A DNA stretch of 64,000 bases from an uncultured Clostridia bacterium (lineage in GTDB: Bacteria; Bacillota; Clostridia; Oscillospirales; Ruminococcaceae): the NCBI GenBank assembly GCA_944386475.1, contig CALXBH010000004.1, forward strand, positions 1 to 64,000, given 5' to 3'. This document shows, piece after piece, positions 26,913-36,600 of the stretch. The position numbers and the translations under genes are program-made. Below the pieces are notes generated by a model. It was not told where the DNA came from and did not search any database. It was given only the letters and a program-made list of their open reading frames with translations. How positions within the stretch are numbered: the first letter of the stretch is position 1; each line of letters opens with the position of its first letter.

Positions 26913-28439
26913 ATGCCAGTCAATCTCATCATCCTTCTGGTTGTCATCGGCGTGCTGTTGTTCTCGCTGCTGGTGGTAATCCTTTCCCGGTACCGCCGGT
27001 GCCCGTCTGACAAGGTTATGGTCATCTACGGTAAAGTCGGCACCAACAAGGACGGTACAGCCCGTTCCGCCAAGTGTATTCACGGCGGCGCGGCGTTTGT
27101 ATGGCCGGTGATTCAGTCCTATGAATACTTAGACTTAACCCCTATTTCCATTAATGTAGATCTGACAAACGCTTTATCCCATCAGAACATCCGTGTGGAC
27201 GTTCCTTCCCGGTTTACGGTAGGTATCTCCACCGAGCCCGGCACCATGCAAAACGCTGCGGAGCGGCTGTTAGGCCTTAAGCTGCTGGAGGTGCAGGAGC
27301 TCGCCAAGGATATCATCTTCGGTCAGCTCCGTCTGGTCATCGCCACCATGGACATCGAGGAGATCAACACCGACCGTGATAAATTTGTGGAAGCGGTTTA
27401 TCACAACGTGGAAACCGAGCTGCGCAAAATCGGCCTGCGGCTTATCAACGTAAACGTCACCGACATCACCGATGAATCGGGATACATTGAGGCGCTTGGT
27501 AAAGAAGCCGCCGCCAAAGCCATTAACGACGCGAAAAAATCCGTGGCGGAGAAAAACCGCGATGGTTCGATCGGTGAGTCTCAGGCCGTGAAAGACCAGC
27601 GTATCCAGGTGGCGGAAGCAAACGCCGCCGCTATCGCCGGTGAAAACGAATCCAAGGCCGCCATCGCCCAGTCCGACGCTACCCGCCGTGAGGCGGAAGC
27701 GGAGGCTCAGCGCCGCGCTACCGCCGCCGAGCGGATCGCGGAAGCAAGGGCTTTGGAAGAAGCCTACGCCGCTCAGGAGCAGGCTGAGCAGGCCCGTGCC
27801 GAGCGGGAAGCCGCTACTCAGCAGGCGGATATCATCGTTAAAGCGAAGATCGAAAAAGAGCGTATGGAACTGGAAGCCGAAGCGGAAGCCGAACAGGCCC
27901 GCCGCAAAGCCCGCGGTGAAGCGGACGCTATTTACGCCACTATGGAAGCGCAGGCTCGCGGCGCCCAGGAAATCCTGGCCCGCCAGGCGGCCGGTTTCCA
28001 GAAGATTGTGGAAGCAGCCGGCGGAGACCCCAACGCCGCTGTCCAGCTGATGCTGGTGGATAAGATCGAGGAACTGGTGAAGATCCAGGTAGAGGCGGTC
28101 AAGAACCTGAAGATCGACAAGGTCACCGTCTGGGATTCCATGAACGGGGAAGAAAAAGGCTCCACCACGGCCAACTTTTTGTCCAGCATGATGAAGTCGA
28201 TCCCTCCCCTCAACGAGACCTTTAAAATGGCCGGGCTTAAAATCCCCAAATTTTTAGGTTCCGAAATTCCCGAAGCTTCTGCCAGTGAGACGGAAATCCC
28301 CTCTGTACAGCAAATAGCCGAAAAGCTGGCGGAGAAAAAGACAGTGCAGCCGGATAAGCCGAAAGCTGCCGAAAAGGACGGAGCTCCCTGGACTTCTTCC
28401 GACAAGGCGAAGCCGGAAAACGATCAACCACAACAATAA
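26913..28439 (+). CDS. floT: Flotillin-like SPFH/band-7 protein (FloT)
   Basis: N-terminal TM, an SPFH domain, then a long Ala/Glu-rich coiled-coil (AEAEAQRRATAAERIAEARALEEAYAAQEQAEQARAER...) and a C-terminal flotillin domain. Length of 508 aa. Confidence 0.85.
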   Translation: MPVNLIILLVVIGVLLFSLLVVILSRYRRCPSDKVMVIYGKVGTNKDGTARSAKCIHGGAAFVWPVIQSYEYLDLTPISINVDLTNALSHQNIRVDVPSRFTVGISTEPGTMQNAAERLLGLKLLEVQELAKDIIFGQLRLVIATMDIEEINTDRDKFVEAVYHNVETELRKIGLRLINVNVTDITDESGYIEALGKEAAAKAINDAKKSVAEKNRDGSIGESQAVKDQRIQVAEANAAAIAGENESKAAIAQSDATRREAEAEAQRRATAAERIAEARALEEAYAAQEQAEQARAEREAATQQADIIVKAKIEKERMELEAEAEAEQARRKARGEADAIYATMEAQARGAQEILARQAAGFQKIVEAAGGDPNAAVQLMLVDKIEELVKIQVEAVKNLKIDKVTVWDSMNGEEKGSTTANFLSSMMKSIPPLNETFKMAGLKIPKFLGSEIPEASASETEIPSVQQIAEKLAEKKTVQPDKPKAAEKDGAPWTSSDKAKPENDQPQQ

Positions 28440-28751
28440 GCCCCATTACCCCCATTTCAAAAGCCCGCCCGGCTTGTACCCTCCCGCCGAATAAGAATGT
28501 TAAAAACAGGCGGAGAAAATCCGGGCATAAGGGCAAGAAACAAGCAGACGGAAATTTTCCGTCTGCTTGTTTCCTTGTATAACGAAAACCACGCGATAGC
28601 CGCGTGGTTGAAAAAGCGTAAGCGATGGGGGAGAATAATAAATACCAAAACAAAGTAACGTCATAAATAGCTTGGTGCATACAAAGTTAAATGGCAAAGC
28701 CCTGTACCAATCATAAAGGGAGAGATGGTTTTGGCATCTCTCCCTTTTGGC

Positions 28752-30125
28752 TTACGATTCAATTTTCCAGGCATTGCGGTCCACGTCGCCGCTGATTCCA
28801 TCAACTTTTCCGTCGGAGCAGCTTTGCCACACCTGGAAGGGCTGGGACCAGCTGATGGTGGTGGCCCAGCGGGCGACCCATTTGCCATAGGAGGTCAGCC
28901 GGCTTAAATCCAGCTGGTTTTCAAACCAGGACTGGCTGGCATAGATCATCGATTTCTTCCCGGCCTGTTCCACGGTTTTGCAGAAGGCCTCCATAGCGTC
29001 GGTGCGGTCTTTGCGGGAGATGTTGTCCGCCCGGCCAACATCCCCGTTGGAGGTGGCTTTCTCGGTGTCAATGGCAAGGTAAGTGACGTTCGGGTATTCC
29101 TCCGCTGCGCTTAAACACCACTGGGCCTCAGCTTGTCCCTCGGCGGCGTTGATGGCCTGGGAGAAGAAGTAGATCCCCACTTCCAGGCCGGCTGCGGTGG
29201 CGCCTTCGATATTTTCCACGAAATTCCGGTCCATGACGATGGCGCCGGTGCCGTAGCCCCGGTAGCCTGCCCGGATGAAAACAAAATCAATGCCGTCGGC
29301 TTTTACCTTCTGCCAATCGATATCGCCGTTCCACTGGGAAACGTCGATGCCGCATTTGGAAGAAAGGGCGCCTTCACTGTCAAAATAGTATCCCACGTTG
29401 TTGATATTCTGCCAACCGATAAGCTTTTTTCCGTTCAAATAACAGTAGCGCTTTCCGGCGGTATCCCACCAGCCGGAATAATTAGGATCGGTGGGCCAGG
29501 TGGGAGCGGGCGCCTGGGAGGATGTTTCAGCGGAAGAACTGCCGGAGCTGCTTCCTCCTTCCGAGCCGGAAGAACTGCCGCTCGAGGAATCGCTGTCAGA
29601 AGAACTACTGCTGGAAGAGCTGCTGCCGGCCGAGCTGGAGGAGCTACCCGGTTCAGAGGAACTGGATGGGGTGTTGCTGGACACCGAAGAGGTGGTTGTG
29701 CTGGAGCTTCCGGAAGAGCTTCCTCCCGTCGAGGGGGTTTCCGGGATGGTGATGGTGCCGCCTGATCCCATTTCTTCTTCTCTCCCTGCGGAGGAATCCC
29801 CTTTCTGGGGGTCTTCCTGTATGGTTTCTTCCGTTTGCTGGAAGATAGGATCCTTGGTGACGTTTTGGGTGATCGGCTGCTCTGGCGCCGGTGCGGGAGG
29901 CGGGGCCACAGAGGAAACGCCTTCGGAGGATGTGGAATCAGAAGATACAAGACTGCTTTCTGTCAGGAAATCCGATGATGTCAGGGACGATAGAACCCCG
30001 CCGCTGGAGATGGGAAACTGGGTTAAGGCGGCAGTGGTATCTTTTTCGATTCTGTTGCATCCGGACAGCGTGGCGAGGACATAAGCGGATGCCAGCAGAA
30101 CGGCGCTTTTTCGATAGAAAGACAT
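28752..30125 (-). CDS. Secreted lipoprotein with Ser-rich low-complexity linker and C-terminal GH25 muramidase (lysozyme) domain
   Basis: Lipobox LATLSGC. A long poly-Ser/Gly region. C-terminal CGIDVSQWNGDIDWQKVKADGIDFVFIRAGYRGYG...AIDTE...GISGDVDRN is typical of GH25 (Cpl-1/Lyc-type). One choline-binding-like cell-wall-binding repeat (WQNINNVGYYFDSEG). Confidence 0.85.
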   Translation of the reverse strand: MSFYRKSAVLLASAYVLATLSGCNRIEKDTTAALTQFPISSGGVLSSLTSSDFLTESSLVSSDSTSSEGVSSVAPPPAPAPEQPITQNVTKDPIFQQTEETIQEDPQKGDSSAGREEEMGSGGTITIPETPSTGGSSSGSSSTTTSSVSSNTPSSSSEPGSSSSSAGSSSSSSSSSDSDSSSGSSSGSEGGSSSGSSSAETSSQAPAPTWPTDPNYSGWWDTAGKRYCYLNGKKLIGWQNINNVGYYFDSEGALSSKCGIDVSQWNGDIDWQKVKADGIDFVFIRAGYRGYGTGAIVMDRNFVENIEGATAAGLEVGIYFFSQAINAAEGQAEAQWCLSAAEEYPNVTYLAIDTEKATSNGDVGRADNISRKDRTDAMEAFCKTVEQAGKKSMIYASQSWFENQLDLSRLTSYGKWVARWATTISWSQPFQVWQSCSDGKVDGISGDVDRNAWKIES

Positions 30126-30262
30126 GGGTTACCTCCGAATGTTAAGCCGATGATACATCTATAAAAATAAGTGTATCACAATACCCGGTGGATTTCAACA
30201 AAATCCACCGGGAAACGGCAAAACTCCGGCTGGTAATATGCGCCAGAAAACCTTGGCTGTAT

Positions 30263-30850
30263 TTAAGAGGGATCAGGAGGACTTAGCAGATCGGATTCCG
30301 TGAAAACTGACCCGTACGTCATAATCAGGCGGTTCCAGGTGGCCTTGTCGGTGTCGCCGGTGGAAGGAAGATCGGTCATGATTTGAAATCGGGCGATGGC
30401 CTCCTGGGTTTTCTGATTGTAGATTCCGGTGATTTCCATACTGGGAATGTTATTAAAGTGCCGGGAGAGGGTTCTTAACATAAGCTGGATAAAATAAACG
30501 GCGTCTCCCCGGTCATCTAATGTGACCGACCGGCCGTTTTGCGGGAACATGGGGCCGTTTAAGGGAAGCAGTTGTTCTTTAATAACCGTCACATAATCGG
30601 CGGTCAGGATGGTCCAGGTGCGGTAGTCCACCACGCCGGTGGGAGGTAATCCTTTTAACAGCTGGAACTGGATAACCGCGCCGGTGGTCTGGGGGCCGAA
30701 GATGCCGTCAGGGATAATGTGGGGAATGGCAGCGTTTACAAAGGAAAGCTCCCGCAAAAACAGTTGTATTTGGTAAACAGCCCGCTGGTTTTCGGAAAAG
30801 TTTGAGGGGATTTCAGAGACCCTGGGGTCGATCATATACAAAAGGTTCAT
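30263..30850 (-). CDS. Peptidoglycan-binding domain protein (2x PG_binding_1)
   Basis: Two repeats of the GxFGPxTxxAVxxFQ pattern (GIFGPQTTGAVIQFQLLKGLPPTGVVD; GIYNQKTQEAIARFQIMTDLPSTGDTD). Confidence 0.7.
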   Translation of the reverse strand: MNLLYMIDPRVSEIPSNFSENQRAVYQIQLFLRELSFVNAAIPHIIPDGIFGPQTTGAVIQFQLLKGLPPTGVVDYRTWTILTADYVTVIKEQLLPLNGPMFPQNGRSVTLDDRGDAVYFIQLMLRTLSRHFNNIPSMEITGIYNQKTQEAIARFQIMTDLPSTGDTDKATWNRLIMTYGSVFTESDLLSPPDPS

Positions 30851-30901
30851 AAAACTGGCTGCGCTCCTTTCTGTATCGCAGAAGGGGGATGTACCGGCGA
30901 A

Positions 30902-32308
30902 TCAGTCTTGCTCCTCCTGGAGGGTATAGCCGGGATATTGGCCGGCTTGGGGGGACTGGGCGCTCATCAGGTCGGAGTATAGGCTGGCGATCCGGTTCCA
31001 GGTATTGGGCCCCACATAACCGGTGGGGGTAAGCCCAAACTCCTCCTGGAAAGCGGTGACGGCGGCTACGGTCTGGCTGCCGAAATAGCCGGTGACGGGC
31101 ACGGAGGGAATAGGATAAAACTGGGAGATATAGCTTAAATACTGCTGTAAATATTCCACATATGGGCCTCGGGAGCCCTGAGTTAAGGTAGTGCCGGGGA
31201 AGATATAAGGGGCGATCCGGGGATCCTCATTGGGAAGGGTCCGCACAAAGCCCAGATAGTCGTTGTACATTAAGTTCCAGGTGTTGCGCCCTACAATGCC
31301 GTCCTGAGTCAGGCCGTTTAAACGCTGGAAGGCGATAACGGCGTTTTTGGTGGAGGGGCCGAAAACCCCATCGATTTCTACCGGGGGGATCTCCGGGTTG
31401 GAGAGGTTTAAAACCGATAAATAGTATTGAAGCACCCGCACCGAATCACCGGTGTTCCCCTCCTGCAAGACGGTTTCAAACTGCTTGGAGATCTCCTGCA
31501 GAGAAATCCCCTCGCTTTCCAGTTCAGCCAGACGTTTGACGTTGACATAGAGAAACTGGATTTTATACCAGGTAGCCTTCCCCACAACGCCGTCCTGAGT
31601 CAGGTTAAAAATCTGCTGGAACTGCTTGACGGCGTTTTCGGTGTTCTCGTTAAACACCCCGTTTACCGGATTGATCTTGGGAATCAGCGGATAGTTTTGA
31701 GAAATCCGGTTTAAGCGGATCTGGATGGTCTGCACCTCGTTGCCCGCGCTTCCTAACCGGAGGGGAATCCCCGGATAGGATTCCTCAATGGACTGGACAG
31801 GGGCGTTGCGGACAATTTCAATGTCATCGCCGTAATAATAGGTCAAGATTTCGTAGGGGGTCATCCCCTGGCGGGCCAAATCCACGCTTCCCCATTGGGA
31901 AAGGCCTTCGCAGGTGACGGTGGTTCCGTTGCAGAACTGGGCGAAATATGGTTCCACCGACCCGTACCGCTTGATATAGTCGTTAAAGATTTCATCCACA
32001 ATTTGGCTGATGTTTTCAAAAATATCCCGGCCTGGGGTGAAGGATTGGTCGTACTGGGTGGAACTGGTGATGTCAAAGGGATAGCCGCGGCTGGGATACC
32101 ATTCGGTGTATACCCGGTTAAGGGCAAAGGAGATTTGGGCGTAGATATTCGCCCGCAGGGCGCTGTCCGGCCAGGTGGGGTAAATTTCGCTGGACGCCAC
32201 GTTTTTAATATAATCGGGGAACGAAACGGTGATGTTGCTTACATTTTCATCCGGCCGTCCTAAATGGACGGTGATCGACTGGGGGATAAAGGGCAGAGAA
32301 GATGGCAT
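30902..32308 (-). CDS. sleC: SleC-like spore cortex-lytic enzyme, catalytic (mature-enzyme) region plus three C-terminal PG_binding_1 domains. Encoded separately from its pro-domain.
   Basis: EIYPTWPDSALRANIYAQISFALNRVYTEWYPSRGYPFDITSSTQYDQSF and FAQFCNGTTVTCEGLSQWGSVDLARQGMTPYEILTYYYGDDIEI align with the recalled Clostridioides/Clostridium SleC catalytic core (EIYSTWPEQTIYANVIAIISFTLNRVFTEWYRNKGYNFTITSTTAYDHKF...YCDGQ...QWGSKDLGDQGYDYESILRYFYGDEI). Its own RBS AGGAGG lies upstream of the ATG. Confidence 0.75.
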   Translation of the reverse strand: MPSSLPFIPQSITVHLGRPDENVSNITVSFPDYIKNVASSEIYPTWPDSALRANIYAQISFALNRVYTEWYPSRGYPFDITSSTQYDQSFTPGRDIFENISQIVDEIFNDYIKRYGSVEPYFAQFCNGTTVTCEGLSQWGSVDLARQGMTPYEILTYYYGDDIEIVRNAPVQSIEESYPGIPLRLGSAGNEVQTIQIRLNRISQNYPLIPKINPVNGVFNENTENAVKQFQQIFNLTQDGVVGKATWYKIQFLYVNVKRLAELESEGISLQEISKQFETVLQEGNTGDSVRVLQYYLSVLNLSNPEIPPVEIDGVFGPSTKNAVIAFQRLNGLTQDGIVGRNTWNLMYNDYLGFVRTLPNEDPRIAPYIFPGTTLTQGSRGPYVEYLQQYLSYISQFYPIPSVPVTGYFGSQTVAAVTAFQEEFGLTPTGYVGPNTWNRIASLYSDLMSAQSPQAGQYPGYTLQEEQD

Positions 32309-32343
32309 AGGATGTGTCGCCTCCTGTTTATTGGTGTTCGCCT

Positions 32344-33387
32344 TTACTCCTGAGAAGAGGAAGCGGGCTGCTCTTTGCTTACATCGCTTACCTGATCCGG
32401 GTTTTTATTGGGCAGGGGGATCAGCTGCACCGGCAGAATAGAGATCTGCCCGGCAAACATCTGCACGTTCATCAGCCGCTCGCTTTGAAAATTAGGGGCG
32501 GAAACAGTGACCTGATAAACTGCATAAGGATTTTGTGCGGTGGGGGTTTCAGACAACCTGCGGTCAGGTGCGGGAAGGGTGATGGTAGGGGTTTTCCCGT
32601 CCGCGTCGGTTTGCAAAACCTGATGGAAAACCTGTTCTTCGTTATCCGCACGGGAAACGGTGACAGTAGCCAGTGGAATAGGTACTGCCCGGCCTCCGGC
32701 TGAAACCTGCACCTTTAAATAAGCGCTGTCGGTATAGGGGGCCTCAGAGCCGTCGTCGCCCAGATTACCGGTGTTTTGGTTGGCAGGGGGATTCGTTTTG
32801 GAGTCAAGGTTTTCCTCTCCTACCGGCGGGCCTTCTGCTACAGGAGCATCTTCGCTGTACTCAGTTTGTTCCTCTGGCAGAAGATCTTCCATTGTGCCCG
32901 GGAAAACAGAGGCTTGAGCAGGGGTAAGCAGCTCATCTGTCTGGTCGTTGGCGCTTTGCCGGGGAGAAAGCAGGGGGATATCAGTGGGGTTTTGCTGCCC
33001 GGAGTCCGGCTGGGGCGTGGCTTGATGGTTGTGGGTGTGCTGGCCGCCGTCTGCCAGCGTATGGGAACCGGCGGTGGCATCCGCGCCTTCCAGCTTTTCC
33101 CAGGACGGGGCCATTTCCTCCAGCGCCGCCCGGAAATATTCTTCGTTGGAGAGACACGGCCCGCCAGGCTGTGCTTCCGGCGGGGCTGGCATAGGCATAT
33201 CAGAAGCAGGTGGAGCGGGAGGCATCGGAGGTTCAGGCGGCTCCGGCGGTGGTGGGGGAGGTGCCGGCGGAGCTGTCGGCTTGGGAACAGATGAATTCCC
33301 TTTCCGGCTCAGCCGCATCAGCTCTTCCGCATATTTTTTTACGTTTTCCTCCAGATTGGAGTGTAGAAAGCGGTTTTGTTCGGACAT
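32344..33387 (-). CDS. SleC N-terminal pro-domain homolog as a separate ORF, with a long Pro-rich insertion
   Basis: The C-terminal ~110 aa (AYLKVQVSAGGRAVPIPLATVTVS...LPAPDRRLSETPTAQNPYAVYQVTVSAPNFQSERLMNVQMFAGQISILPVQLIP) resemble the SleC pre-pro region (FLTVSIID...LPAPDVDYSLQPSDVRPYSQYIVEAIADGYETVVIEGTQLLATIEARQNV). Stop TAA at 32344. The next ORF is in a different frame with its own SD. ATG at 33387 has an upstream GAAAGGAAGGAAG. Confidence 0.6.
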   Translation of the reverse strand: MSEQNRFLHSNLEENVKKYAEELMRLSRKGNSSVPKPTAPPAPPPPPPEPPEPPMPPAPPASDMPMPAPPEAQPGGPCLSNEEYFRAALEEMAPSWEKLEGADATAGSHTLADGGQHTHNHQATPQPDSGQQNPTDIPLLSPRQSANDQTDELLTPAQASVFPGTMEDLLPEEQTEYSEDAPVAEGPPVGEENLDSKTNPPANQNTGNLGDDGSEAPYTDSAYLKVQVSAGGRAVPIPLATVTVSRADNEEQVFHQVLQTDADGKTPTITLPAPDRRLSETPTAQNPYAVYQVTVSAPNFQSERLMNVQMFAGQISILPVQLIPLPNKNPDQVSDVSKEQPASSSQE

Positions 33388-33612
33388 GGCGTGCTTCCTT
33401 CCTTTCAAAGATCGGATAAAAACAGGGAATCGCTATAATCTATGAACAAAACCGCCAAAAAAGTATAACAAAAGCTGTTTCAACAAGTTGTTAAATGAAG
33501 AATTGTGAATATTATTAATATAATTTATATAAAAAGTTGATTACTTTTATTGATATCTTCTAAAATTAATGTACAATATAGTTGTCAAATTTACTAATTA
33601 GGAGGGTGTGCT

Positions 33613-36600
33613 ATGCGAAAAAGAGTGTCATCAATGCTGCTTGCGATTATTGTTGCATTGATGCCGGCAACCGTTGGAATAGGTTCGTCAATGCAACTGG
33701 AAAATACGGCAAGACCTATTATTACGGTAGATGCATTTTCAGAAAGAGGGGAAATCAGTCCATATACCTTGGGGTCTAACCATAGGCATGCCTACGGCGG
33801 ATTTGGCATGTATGACGAGGAAAATGACGAGGTATATCCTGACTTTCTTGAAAAGACAAAAGAAGCAAATCTTGGAGTGGTCAGATATCCTGGAGGAACT
33901 ATCGCTAACCTTTTTACCTGGAAGGATACCATAGGCCCCAAGGATCAGCGCAACAATGTAGTGCTGGGAAGCAACTATGCGTCGGTTTTCCCCTATTACG
34001 GCTTAGATGAGCATATGCAATATACCGAGGACATAGGGGCAGAAGTTATCTATATGGTGGCGGAACCCGCAGAAACTCCACAGGGCGCAGCGGACTTGGT
34101 AGAATATCTTAACGGAATCCCTGGCGAAAACAACGATGGCGGAACTGACTGGGCCCAGATACGTGCGGATAATGGACACCCCGAGCCGTATAATGTCAAG
34201 TATTTTGAGATTGGAAACGAGATGTCTATCAGCAATCAGCAGTATTGGCTAAATCTTCCGTCCGTGTATGGGGAAACTGACCGGGCAAAACGGTATGTGC
34301 TGGGAGATACCGTACAGGCGACCAAGGCACCCGCCCGGATAAAGGGAACTTGGCAGGACAATAAGTCACGCGGCACAGCTAATCAAAACTTCTATACGCA
34401 GTATAGCCCTGTTGTTGAGGGAACGGATGCGGTTTATGTTAATGGAGTCAAGTGGAATAGAGTAGAACAACTCGATGGGGCTGGATCGGAAAATGTTTAT
34501 ACATTTGACCCGGCAGAAGGAAAAATCAGTTTTGGCGATGGGAAAAACGGCAACATACCGCCTAAGGATGCGACGATAACAATTGATTATCAACATAGAC
34601 ATGCTGGATTTATGGAATACTATGATGCCATGAAGGCGGTTGATCCCAGTATAAAAATTTTTGCCAACCTTCCCTATACCTATAATTTTATTACAGACGG
34701 GAAGTGCGATGGTATTGTATACCATAATTACATTGATTTTCCAAGCGACCTGAAAACAAAAGAGGAGGTACATGATACCTATATTGACATTTCTGACCGG
34801 CTTGTCAAGATGATCGACAGCAATGTGTCTGAATTAAGAGAACGCTCCGTCAGCCAGGACACAATCGCCGCAGTAACGGAATTTGGGTCGATCAACATTC
34901 CAGCTGCCTATTCGGAGGATACCTCTGCAGAGGGGCGGGACGAAGCGCGCTCCTTAAGCCGCGCATTATCCTTTGCAACAACCTATATTGGATCGGCCAA
35001 AGCGGAATCGCTAATCCATATTCACCAAGCGTTTACAGCTTACAGCTTTGGGGGAGGGCCTGGAATTACCAATGCGGATCAGGTTTATAACAGTTTGTAT
35101 GCCCCTTATGCGGATGATCCCACAACATTTATCGAAAGCGGAACAGCGCTGGCCTATAAACTGATAGGAAACAACACAGGAAGTACGGTCAGAAATTCTT
35201 ATATTCAGAATAATCCGGTTGTTACACGGCATAAAGAGTATGAGGCATTAAATGTTTTGGCAACCCAAGAGGATGAAAACGGGGATCTTTATCTAATGGT
35301 AGTCAATCGGGACTCTGAAAATGACATAGCTGCCTCTCTTAATTTAAAGGGATATGCAATATCAGGAAAAGCCAGGATCCAGACATTAAACGCCGAGGAT
35401 GTTGCCTCCTGTAATACGCCGGAGCATCCCGAGGATATTAAAATTACTGAACAACAGGTGGTGTTTGGAGAGGGAGAAAGCAGTTTTTCCTATACCTTCC
35501 CGGCGCATTCTATCGTGGCGATAAAGTTAAGCGGAAAATCCACTGATTTTTATGAAGAAAACTTCCCGCTTCGTCATTTTAGCGCAGTAGAGGTAGGCAA
35601 GGTTCCTGAATATTTTGAACTGTCTAACGGTACGGCTTTTGCTCAAAATGATACTGCTGGGAATCGAGCGTTTGAAATTAAAAGGGCAGGGGCAGACACC
35701 AAGGTAAAGGGAACGCTTTCCGGACAGGCTGTCAACTCCACGGAAATAAAAACCTATGATGGGTTGATGAAAATTAAGTTTAAGCTAAAGGCTAAACAAA
35801 CAGGAGGAAGACTGGAGATATCCGTTTTATCAAACGGTAAAAAGGCACTTGAGTTTGCCTTGGAAAATGGCGCTGTAAAAAATGACGGCTCGGTTCGGGC
35901 TATTTATACAAACAATCAGTTCCACGACATCGAAATCGTCTTGGACCATAAAGCTGGCCAATACGTATTGTATTTTGATGGAAGCTATATTGGTTCCCCC
36001 GGAAAATATAATGCCGAAATTACTGACCCGCTGGACTATATTCAGTTTGAGGCAAAGAATCAGGACGCCTCCTATGTTATAGATGATTTTCTCATCGAGT
36101 CCGCGGACGATACCATGCTGCCAAAAATTACGCAGATTGATGCCGTAGAACGGACAACGGAAGTCGGAGAAGCTCCCAGCCTACCTGACAAGGTAACAGC
36201 CCGCTATAATACAGGAGAAGACGTAGAAATGGGCGTAACCTGGGATGATATTGATCCTAGCCAATACGCAGCGGAAGGAGTATATGAGGTAGCCGGAACT
36301 GTTTCGGAGTTAAACATTCCTGCGAGGGCGGTTATAACGGTAGTAAAACCAATCCATGCATTAACTCCAATAGAAATTCAGACGGTAGCGGGCACCAGTC
36401 CCCAACTTCCTGCGAGCATGGAAGTAGAATATATAAGCGGAGAAAAGGAGATAAAGTCCATTATATGGGATGAAATTGATCCTGTACAATATCAATCAGC
36501 TGGAGAATTTATTGTAGAGGGCACTATTGATGGCGTAGCAAAACGGCCCCAGGCAAAGATAACGGTCATTGCCAAAGCAGATGTACCGATTATTACAGTA

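Noticed and set aside
27640-28405. Alternate-frame and antisense ORFs within floT (136-aa Arg/Pro-rich; 157-aa antisense)
   Set aside because: They arise from the Ala/Glu-rich coiled-coil coding region (GCC/GAG codon runs), which gives open alternate frames. floT itself has full-length domain support.
29435-30085. Long ORFs on the opposite strand and in alternate frames inside the GH25 lipoprotein gene (polyPro/Arg-rich and poly-Glu/Leu translations)
   Set aside because: They are mirror or alternate-frame translations of the Ser/Gly-rich low-complexity linker of the 28752-30125 gene. They have no RBS and a composition-driven amino-acid bias.
32344-33408. Treating the SleC pro-domain ORF as merely a frameshifted 5' part of one sleC gene (pseudogene)
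   Set aside because: Not fully rejected, but disfavoured. The downstream ORF has its own well-spaced AGGAGG and ATG. The junction coincides with the natural pro-peptide cleavage boundary. The upstream ORF terminates cleanly with TAA. Raw-read inspection is needed to exclude an indel.
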